DNA of 60,421 nucleotides, taken from the NCBI GenBank assembly GCA_003246755.1, contig QKDC01000028.1, positions 1 to 60,421 on the forward strand, in the 5' to 3' direction. Positions 21,768 to 29,639 of the stretch are shown piece after piece. The notes beneath the pieces were generated by a model, which made no database searches, was not told the origin of the DNA, and was given only the letters and a program-made list of their open reading frames with translations. Position 1 is the first letter of the stretch. Each line of letters begins with the position of its first letter. The DNA is from Gemmatimonadota bacterium (GTDB lineage: Bacteria; Gemmatimonadota; Gemmatimonadetes; Gemmatimonadales; GWC2-71-9). The translations under genes were made by a program, and so were the position numbers.

Positions 21768-22730
21768 ATGACCCTTTCTGCGTCCACCGTGGCTGTCGTC
21801 CAGGCCGAGATCCAGCCCGATGTCACGGCAGCGCTCGAGGCGACGGCCGCGGGGGTCCGGCACGCACGAGAGGCCGGAGCCTCACTCGTGGCCTTTCCGG
21901 AAACCTGGATCCCGGGGTACCCAGCCTGGCTCGACCACTGTCGTGATGTGGCGCTTTGGGATCATGAACCGGTCAAGCGCCTCTACCGCGAAATGGCCGA
22001 GCGTGCGGTCGCCGTGCCGGGCCCGGTCTCTCAGAAACTGGCAGAGATTGCGGGGGATTCGCATGTGACCCTCGTGGTGGGGGTGACGGAACGGGTGGAT
22101 GTCGGTCCGGGGCAAGGGACGCTATTCAATGCACTACTGACCTATGGCCCTGGGGGTGAGTTGCTCAATCACCACCGCAAGTTGGTACCGACCTTTTCGG
22201 AGCGGATGGTTTGGGGACCGGGGGACGGCGCCGGACTCCGGACGGTCGACACGGAATGTGGGCGAATCGGAGGCTTGATCTGTTGGGAGCATTGGATGCC
22301 CCTCGCCCGGCAGGCGTTGCACGCAGCCGGTGAGGATATCCATATCGCTGCTTGGCCTTGGGCCCACGATCTCCTGCAGGTAGCGAGTCGGCACTATGCC
22401 TTCGAGGGTCGCTGTTTCGTGTTGGTGTGTGGTGGATTGATGCGAGCCGACGATCTGCCTTCGGATCTCGAACGTCGCCCCGACATGCCGTCGCCCGCAT
22501 CGCCATTTGTCCTTCGGGGGGGCAGCGCCATCATCGGTCCCGACGGCCATTACCTGATCGAACCGGTACTCGACGAACCTCGCGTGCTGGTGGCAACCCT
22601 CGATCTCGGCAGGCGACGAGAAGAACAGATGACCCTCGACGTGACGGGACACTATGCCCGAAGCGACGTCTTCGACTTTTCACTCCGCTCCACCAAGCGA
22701 CCCGACGCGGGGAGTGAATCCACCGTTTGA
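21768..22730 (+). CDS. Nitrilase (carbon-nitrogen hydrolase family)
   Basis: Catalytic triad motifs FPETWIPGYP, HRKLVPT and LICWEH; C-terminal DVTGHYAR. Confidence 0.92.
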   Translation: MTLSASTVAVVQAEIQPDVTAALEATAAGVRHAREAGASLVAFPETWIPGYPAWLDHCRDVALWDHEPVKRLYREMAERAVAVPGPVSQKLAEIAGDSHVTLVVGVTERVDVGPGQGTLFNALLTYGPGGELLNHHRKLVPTFSERMVWGPGDGAGLRTVDTECGRIGGLICWEHWMPLARQALHAAGEDIHIAAWPWAHDLLQVASRHYAFEGRCFVLVCGGLMRADDLPSDLERRPDMPSPASPFVLRGGSAIIGPDGHYLIEPVLDEPRVLVATLDLGRRREEQMTLDVTGHYARSDVFDFSLRSTKRPDAGSESTV

Positions 22731-22750
22731 CCGCCCAGAGGAGAACTCCG

Positions 22751-25030
22751 ATGTTGCCGTCCGTTTCACGACTCGCAGGACCGACTGGCCTGTGGGTGGG
22801 CATTCTCGTGGCTTGGACAGCCCACCCCTCACCCCTCCCGGCGCAGGGGCTAGCCGCACCACGCCCGATGACCTTTCTCGACATGCAGCTCCAGCGAGCG
22901 GCGGGGTCGCCGACCCTCAGCCCTGACGGCCGGCAGGTGCTCTATACCCTGCGGGTGCCGAATTGGAAGGAAGCTCGTTCTTCGACCGACATCTACCTCG
23001 TCTCGGTGGCGGGTGGCGTCAGCAGTACCAAGCAGATGACGTTCACGAGTGACAAGAACGAGACCTCTCCCTCCTGGGGTCCCGGCGGAGCGTTCTTCGT
23101 TTTCCGCTCCAACCGAGACGGGACGGGTGCCAATCCGCCTGAACAACTCTTCGTGATGCGGACTGACGGTGGTGAAGCGAAGCGGATCACCGATGCGAGA
23201 GACGGCGTGGCGAACTTCGAGTTCACACGCGATGGTCGGTGGCTGGTCTATGCGGCCGGAAAGGAAGAGGGCCGGCAGTTGTGGGCGCTCCCGGTGGCGG
23301 GGATCGAAACGGCAACTCCCACCCGACTCACCAAACATCCGACTCCCGTGGGTTGGTGGCGCGTAGCCCCCGACAGTCGTGCCGTTTACTTCATCGCGCC
23401 CGACACGGTTGAAACCGACAATCGCCTCCGCAAGGAGAAGAAGTTCAGCGTCCAGATACGCAATGAGCCCGAACCGGTCGAACACCTCTGGGTGCTCGAT
23501 CTCTCCTCAAAGGAGGAACGCCGCCTCACCTCCGATACCTCCTACAGTGTACGAGGGGTGACCCTTTCCCAGGACGGCCGCTGGATCGGCTACCGTGCCA
23601 CACCGGACGATCGCTACAAACGCAACATCACCGAGTCACGGAACCACGACGACGTCTACCTCCTCGAGACGGCAACCGGCCGTGTTGAGCGTCTCACCGA
23701 CAACGAGGAAATTGGCGAGAGTTCGGTGTCGTTCTCACCCGACGGATCGATGATGGCGATCTCCGCCCCCAATGACTGGACGTATTTTCGCGACGAGAAG
23801 ATCTGGGTCCGGCCCACGGCCGCTCGAGGAGCGGCCTGGCGGAAACTCGGTGCCGCGTACGACGGTGCGTTCGATGTTGCGTTCTGGTCGGACGATGGCC
23901 GGACGATCTATGCCAACGTCGGGGTCAAGGTGACCCAGCAGGTCATGGCCATCGATGTCGAACGCGGTTCTGTGCGACCGGTCACGGAGGTGCGTGGTGT
24001 GGTCTCGGTCGATCGGGAGGAGGACACTGGAGCGGTGTTCGTGACCTATACCTCCCCCACGTCGCCACGGGACCTCTATCTGGTTGACCGGGTCGAGGGC
24101 CTGGCACAGATGGATTCCTGGCACAGGTTGACCGAAGCGAACCCGGAAATGGCTGAGCTGATGTTGGGCTCCACGGAGGAGGTAGAATGGCGTTCAACGG
24201 ACGGGAAAACTGTCGGCGGCGTACTCGTCAAACCTGTGGGTTACCAACCGGGGCGTCGTTACCCGCTGATCGTCCAGATCCATGGCGGCCCGGCCGGTGT
24301 CCGTGAGATGACCTTCAACGTCGGATCTGGCTCTCAGGTGTATGCGGGTGGAGGGTACGCCGTGTTCCTGCCCAATTACCGCGGTTCGGTGAATTATGGA
24401 GAGCAGCATCGCCTCGATATCGTCGGCGTGGGGAACTACTTCAAGAAGGGCTACGAGGACATCATCACCGGCGTGGACTACCTCATCGAACAGGGCATCG
24501 CCGCACCGGACTCGCTGGGGGCGATGGGGTGGAGTGCCGGCGGGCACTGGTCCAACTGGATTCTCACTCACACCAACCGATTCAAGGCCATCTCGAGTGG
24601 TGCGGGGGCCATGAACTGGATCTCGATGTACGCACAGAGTGATGTCCAGCGAGCTCGCGCGGAGTACTTCGCCAACGGGAAGTTGCCCTACGACAACTTC
24701 GATGCGTACTGGGACGTGTCGCCGCTCAAGTACATCAAGAACGCCAGGACACCCACCCTGATCCATGTGGTGGCCGGGGATCCTCGTGTTCCTCGTCCAC
24801 AGAGTGAAGAACTCCACATGGCCCTCAAGCAACTCGGTGTGCCGACCGAGTTCTACGTCTACCCGGGCAACACGCACGGAATCCCCGATCCGCGAAACCG
24901 GTATGCCAAGGCGATGGCGGAGTACGCCTGGTTCGAGCATTGGATCAGAGGCAGACCGTTGTTCCAGTGGAAGGATGTCCTCGACTCCCTGACAGATGAG
25001 AGTCCTCCCCCGGCCAACCCGGGGCGATGA
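22751..25030 (+). CDS. Exported S9 family peptidase (beta-propeller + alpha/beta hydrolase)
   Basis: Signal peptide, SPDG repeats, IHGGP, GWSAGG (Ser), DPRVP (Asp), THG (His). Confidence 0.92.
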   Translation: MLPSVSRLAGPTGLWVGILVAWTAHPSPLPAQGLAAPRPMTFLDMQLQRAAGSPTLSPDGRQVLYTLRVPNWKEARSSTDIYLVSVAGGVSSTKQMTFTSDKNETSPSWGPGGAFFVFRSNRDGTGANPPEQLFVMRTDGGEAKRITDARDGVANFEFTRDGRWLVYAAGKEEGRQLWALPVAGIETATPTRLTKHPTPVGWWRVAPDSRAVYFIAPDTVETDNRLRKEKKFSVQIRNEPEPVEHLWVLDLSSKEERRLTSDTSYSVRGVTLSQDGRWIGYRATPDDRYKRNITESRNHDDVYLLETATGRVERLTDNEEIGESSVSFSPDGSMMAISAPNDWTYFRDEKIWVRPTAARGAAWRKLGAAYDGAFDVAFWSDDGRTIYANVGVKVTQQVMAIDVERGSVRPVTEVRGVVSVDREEDTGAVFVTYTSPTSPRDLYLVDRVEGLAQMDSWHRLTEANPEMAELMLGSTEEVEWRSTDGKTVGGVLVKPVGYQPGRRYPLIVQIHGGPAGVREMTFNVGSGSQVYAGGGYAVFLPNYRGSVNYGEQHRLDIVGVGNYFKKGYEDIITGVDYLIEQGIAAPDSLGAMGWSAGGHWSNWILTHTNRFKAISSGAGAMNWISMYAQSDVQRARAEYFANGKLPYDNFDAYWDVSPLKYIKNARTPTLIHVVAGDPRVPRPQSEELHMALKQLGVPTEFYVYPGNTHGIPDPRNRYAKAMAEYAWFEHWIRGRPLFQWKDVLDSLTDESPPPANPGR

Positions 25031-25031
25031 C

Positions 25032-26300
25032 GTGAGGCTTTTCCGTTGGGTTTTTCCGTTTCTCGCCCTGGCCTCCCTGATCCCAAGCGCGGAGGCTCAG
25101 GACGTGGGCCGGGCGGAGTTCCGCGTCTTTCTCGATTGCCAGCGGATCCGTTGTGACTTCGACTATCTCAGGCGCGAGATCGTATGGGTCAACTGGGTTC
25201 GCGATCGGCAGGACGCCGACCTTCACCTTCTGGTGACCTCCGAAAACACAGGAAGTGGCGGCCGTCGGGCTACCCTCCGTTTTATCGGTCTTCGCACACT
25301 CGCCGGTCGAGACCTGCAGCTCCTGGCCAGTACAGCGCAAACGGCGACCGACGATGAGGAGCGACAAGAACTTGTCCGTGTGATGGGTCTCGGTCTGGCG
25401 GGGTACGCCGGAGCCCTGGGTCGTGGAACCGGTCTCGAAGTGGTGGATCACACTCCGATTGAGATTCGGGAGACCGGGCAGCAGGAATTGGTGGATCCCT
25501 GGAATCGTTGGGTCTTCCGGGTGACGGCCAATGGGAACCTGAGTGGCGAATCACGGGCATCGTCGAACAGTTTCAGCGGCTCGGTGCGCGCGAGCCGGAC
25601 GACGGACGACTGGAAACTCACCCTCTCGAGTCGTGGCAGCAGGACATCGAGCCATTTCATCTTCGAGGACAGCACGACCTACGACAACGTCACCTCCAGC
25701 TACGGCTTCGATGGGCGGGCGGTACACAGCCTTGGTCCTCGATGGTCTGCGGGCGCACAGGCCGAATTCGATCGTTCGAGTCGCCAGAATCTCGACGCCT
25801 CGTTACGAGTCGCGGCCGCGCTGGAGTACAACTTCTGGCCGTATTCAGAGTCGAGTCGACGGCAGTTGACCGTGCTGTACTCTCTCGGGCGAAGCCAGTT
25901 TGACTATGCCGATACGACGGTGTTCGATCTGATCAATGAAACCCGATACGATCAACGGCTCATCATCGCGCTGGCCACGCGCGAGCCCTGGGGTACGAGC
26001 CAGCTCACGCTCGAGGGTCAGAATTACCTCCACGATTTGTCTCGCAACGAATTCTCGATCTCCGGCGGGGTTAGTATTCGCCTCTACAAGGGGCTCTCGG
26101 TCAACAGCAATGCGTTCTACAGCAGGGTACGAAACCAGCTGAACGTGGCAAAAGGAGGCGCGACGGATGAGGAGGTTCTGCTGCGGCTCCGGGAACTCGA
26201 AACGGGATACCGCTACCACATGTCGATCGGGTTCACGTACACCTTTGGTTCGATTTACAACGACATCGTCAATCCACGGATACGGAGGGACAATTTCTAG
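25032..26300 (+). CDS. Exported protein, probable outer-membrane beta-barrel
   Basis: Signal peptide ending AEA-Q; N-terminal DC-x-x-x-x-CD domain; amphipathic beta strands ending IGFTYTFG. Confidence 0.7.
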   Translation: MRLFRWVFPFLALASLIPSAEAQDVGRAEFRVFLDCQRIRCDFDYLRREIVWVNWVRDRQDADLHLLVTSENTGSGGRRATLRFIGLRTLAGRDLQLLASTAQTATDDEERQELVRVMGLGLAGYAGALGRGTGLEVVDHTPIEIRETGQQELVDPWNRWVFRVTANGNLSGESRASSNSFSGSVRASRTTDDWKLTLSSRGSRTSSHFIFEDSTTYDNVTSSYGFDGRAVHSLGPRWSAGAQAEFDRSSRQNLDASLRVAAALEYNFWPYSESSRRQLTVLYSLGRSQFDYADTTVFDLINETRYDQRLIIALATREPWGTSQLTLEGQNYLHDLSRNEFSISGGVSIRLYKGLSVNSNAFYSRVRNQLNVAKGGATDEEVLLRLRELETGYRYHMSIGFTYTFGSIYNDIVNPRIRRDNF

Positions 26301-26340
26301 GCTCGCGCCGGGTCAAGACGGCGTCGGGACGTGGGAAACT

Positions 26341-26370
26341 TTGCCTCCAGGTGCTGCGTCGGTATATAGA
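26341..26370 (+). promoter_or_regulatory. Possible promoter of the MoxR-vWA operon
   Basis: TTGCCT followed 16-18 nt later by TATATA/TATAGA in the 127-nt gap. Confidence 0.3.
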
Positions 26371-26427
26371 TAGACTTCGGCCCGCTCTGTCGGGCCTTTA
26401 CTGCTTTCTCAGGGGCCGCTGATCCGA

Positions 26428-28713
26428 ATGCTGGTCGCCTTGCCATCACTCTTCGAAGCGCTCTTCAAGTACCGCCCGGTGGTCTTCGAGAGAGGGCGGC
26501 TCATTTTTGCGGCCGCCCGGCCGGCATTCCTTGTCGTGATGGCTCTGGCGCTGATCGCCCTTGCAGTGGTCTTCACGTACCGTCGACTCGGTGGGCGGGC
26601 TACACCACGCATGCGATTCGCGTTGTCCATGCTCCGCGCACTGGTTCTGGCCATCGTCTTGGTTGCCTTGCTGAGACCCGCGCTCCTGGTCACCACCGCC
26701 GTTCCTGAACGAAACGTCATCGGTATTCTCTTGGACGATTCGCAGAGCATGGAGATCAAGGACGATGGGGTGACATCGCGAGCAGCTGTCCTGCAAAGTC
26801 TCTTCGGAGACCGGGCTGCGCCGATCCCCACCCAATTGGCGGAACGCTTCCATCTGAGATTCTTCCGGTTTTCCCGATCGGCGCAACGCGTGTCCGATCC
26901 CTCCCGTCTCGCGTTCGAGGGGGGGCGCTCCGATCTCGCGACATCTCTTGACGACGCCCGGAGAGATCTCGCCGCACTGCCACTTGCGGGCCTCGTGGTC
27001 GTGAGCGACGGGGCTGACAACGCCGACAGCTCTATTACTCGCTCTCTCCTGGCCATGAGTGCGGCGGAGGTTCCCGTCTACACCGTCGCGCTTGGTGCGG
27101 AGCGATTGACCCTCGACCTCGAACTGGCCAGAGTGGAGGCTCCACGCGCGGCGTTGCGGGGGTCATCGATTCTGATCGAGGCACTGGTCAGGCAATCGGG
27201 GTCGGTTCGCGACACCGCTGAGCTGGTTGTTGAAGAGAATGGTCAACGACTCGCGGTGCATCGGTTTGCGCTCCCCGGTGATGGACAGGCCACGACGGTC
27301 AGGCTTCCGGTGGCTCTCGCCGAGGAGGGGGCCCGACACCTCCTGGTGCGCGTCCCACCCGAATCCGGTGAGCCAGTGACCCGGAACAACGAACGCTCAA
27401 TACTGGTTTCGGTGATGGATCGGTCGGAGCGGGTCCTCTACTACGAAGGTGAACCACGGTTCGAGTTCGCCTTCCTGCGACGAGCAGTGGCCAGTGACAC
27501 GAATCTTCATTTCGTCGGGCTGCAGAGGACGGCCGATGGCAAGTACTTCAGGGTGGGAGTTGAGGATAGTCTCGATCTCGTCGGTGGGTTCCCGACGAGC
27601 AGGGAGGAGCTTTTCGGCTACCGTGCCTTGGTACTGGGGAGCGTCGAGGCCGCGGCATTCACCGCGGAGCAGCTTCGGGCGATTTCGGATTTCGTGAGTC
27701 GTCGGGGAGGTGGCTTACTGTTTCTCGGTGGTCGCCGGGCCTTCTCCGAGGGCGCCTATCGGGATACCCCGCTGGAGGATGCCTTCCCCATCACCCTGGA
27801 AGACTCTGACGATCCGGAATTCTTCCGCGTGGTGAAGGTGGCACCCACCCCAGCAGGGATGGGCCATCCCGTTACGGCACTGCACTCCGGCAGTGCCCCG
27901 GTGGCTTGGGATTCCATGCCACCCCTGACGTCAGTGAACAGTGTTGGGCGCCTGAAAGCGGGTGCAACCTCTCTTCTGCAAGGGGTCGACACCCTGGGGC
28001 GCGGTTCTCAGCCCGTGCTGGCCTACCATCGATTCGGGAGGGGCAAGGCGGTTGCGCTCCCGGTGCAGGACGTGTGGCGATGGAAGATGAATCCGGCCCA
28101 ACCACCCGAGGACAGGCGCTTCGAAGGGTTTTGGCGTCAGCTGCTGCGTTGGATGGTGAGTGAGGCTCCCGATCGAGTCACCATGACTGTCCTTGGAGAC
28201 CAGGTCGACGAAGGTGAATCCCTCACCCTGATTGCGGAGGTACGTGACGAGGCTTTCCGAGGGCTGAGCAATGCTTCTGTCCAGGCACTCGTCACTACCC
28301 CCTCCGGTCGCCTCGACGAGCTTCCGATGGATTGGGAGGTGGGATCGGAAGGGCAATACCGAGTGACGTTCCCCGCGGTGGAAGTCGGCCAATATGAGAT
28401 CGTCGCTCTGGTCCCCTCCAACACCGACACCCTTTCGAGTGAGCCCGCCTTCGCGACGGTGGGAGACGTGGGACGTGAATACTTCGGGGCCGAGGCCCGC
28501 CCGGCTCTCCTGCGACGGATCGCCTCGGAGACGGGTGGGAGGTTCTATACCGCAGAAACCGTTTCAGAACTCCCCCGGGACATCGTGTATACGGAGCGGG
28601 GAATCACAAGAACCGAACGACTCGACGTGTGGGACATGCCCATCATCTTCCTTTTGCTCGCTGGATTGTTGACCGCGGAATGGGGACTCCGTCGGTCCCG
28701 GGGGCTCGCATGA
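26428..28713 (+). CDS. Membrane protein with vWA, Ig-like and GATase1-like domains
   Basis: N-terminal TMs; MIDAS LDDSQS...VSDG; EGEPRFE...FVSRRGGGLLFLGG...FGRGK...WRW; C-terminal TM ending AEWGLRR. Confidence 0.8.
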   Translation: MLVALPSLFEALFKYRPVVFERGRLIFAAARPAFLVVMALALIALAVVFTYRRLGGRATPRMRFALSMLRALVLAIVLVALLRPALLVTTAVPERNVIGILLDDSQSMEIKDDGVTSRAAVLQSLFGDRAAPIPTQLAERFHLRFFRFSRSAQRVSDPSRLAFEGGRSDLATSLDDARRDLAALPLAGLVVVSDGADNADSSITRSLLAMSAAEVPVYTVALGAERLTLDLELARVEAPRAALRGSSILIEALVRQSGSVRDTAELVVEENGQRLAVHRFALPGDGQATTVRLPVALAEEGARHLLVRVPPESGEPVTRNNERSILVSVMDRSERVLYYEGEPRFEFAFLRRAVASDTNLHFVGLQRTADGKYFRVGVEDSLDLVGGFPTSREELFGYRALVLGSVEAAAFTAEQLRAISDFVSRRGGGLLFLGGRRAFSEGAYRDTPLEDAFPITLEDSDDPEFFRVVKVAPTPAGMGHPVTALHSGSAPVAWDSMPPLTSVNSVGRLKAGATSLLQGVDTLGRGSQPVLAYHRFGRGKAVALPVQDVWRWKMNPAQPPEDRRFEGFWRQLLRWMVSEAPDRVTMTVLGDQVDEGESLTLIAEVRDEAFRGLSNASVQALVTTPSGRLDELPMDWEVGSEGQYRVTFPAVEVGQYEIVALVPSNTDTLSSEPAFATVGDVGREYFGAEARPALLRRIASETGGRFYTAETVSELPRDIVYTERGITRTERLDVWDMPIIFLLLAGLLTAEWGLRRSRGLA

Positions 28714-29639
28714 TCCCCCTCATCCTGAGCCTCCTCGGCGCTCCACATCAGGATGCCGCCACCCACACCCTGATCGTTACGGGGGTCGGTGGAGAGGGCA
28801 AGTACCGAGAGGCGTTCGTGCAACAGGCAGGAACGCTGATCACCAACTTGATCGAGGAATATGGGGTGAACCCCGCGGAGGTCGTGTGGTTGGCCGAAAC
28901 GCCCGCTCTGGCCCCGGACAGGATCAGTGGCCGGTCCACTCGCCAGCGCGTTGTCACGGAACTCCAGCGGATTGCCGCAGGCGCAGGTCCGGCGGACCGA
29001 GTGCTTTTCGTCTACATCGGGCATGGCTCCGACGCCGGGGAGCCCAAGCTCAACCTTCCCGGTCCCGACCTTGGTGCGACTGAACTCCATGCTCTGCTTG
29101 AAGCCTTCCCGACGCAGCTGGTGGCGCTCGTGTTCGGCGCGAGCGCAAGCGGCGGTTTCATCGAACGACTGCAGGGTCCCAACCGGATCGTGGTGACGGC
29201 GACCAAGACCGGATTCGAGCGTAACGAGACGGTCTTCTCGACGGTGTTCGCGAGAGCCTTCGGAGGAGAAGCTGCCGACACCGACAAGGACGGCCGACTC
29301 TCACTGGCCGAGGCCTTCGAGTTCACCACCCACGAAGTCGCCCGGCTCTACGAATCGGATAACCGACTCCAAACCGAACACGCCCGACTCAGCGATTCGA
29401 CCCTGGCTCGACGATTCGTCTTCGTGCCCAAAGGAGCCCGGTCGGTGTCGGTGGTGGACGACTCCGCTGGGGCGGCGCTGCTTGCTCAGAAACAAAGGCT
29501 GGAGCGAGACATCGAATCGCTGCGGGCGCAGCGGGAGACCCTGGAGCCCAACGAGTACGACCGGCGGCTGGAGGAACTCCTTGTGGCGCTCGCGACCGTC
29601 AATCGGAAGCTCCGGGAACGGGCGGGGGTCCCCCGGTGA
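28710..29639 (+). CDS. Exported caspase/legumain-like (clan CD fold) protein, Cys apparently replaced by Ser
   Basis: FVYIGHGS (His-Gly), GASASGGF at the DAC-x-SG position, EF-hand-like DTDKDGRLSLAE, C-terminal coiled coil; ATGA overlap. Confidence 0.6.
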   Translation: MIPLILSLLGAPHQDAATHTLIVTGVGGEGKYREAFVQQAGTLITNLIEEYGVNPAEVVWLAETPALAPDRISGRSTRQRVVTELQRIAAGAGPADRVLFVYIGHGSDAGEPKLNLPGPDLGATELHALLEAFPTQLVALVFGASASGGFIERLQGPNRIVVTATKTGFERNETVFSTVFARAFGGEAADTDKDGRLSLAEAFEFTTHEVARLYESDNRLQTEHARLSDSTLARRFVFVPKGARSVSVVDDSAGAALLAQKQRLERDIESLRAQRETLEPNEYDRRLEELLVALATVNRKLRERAGVPR

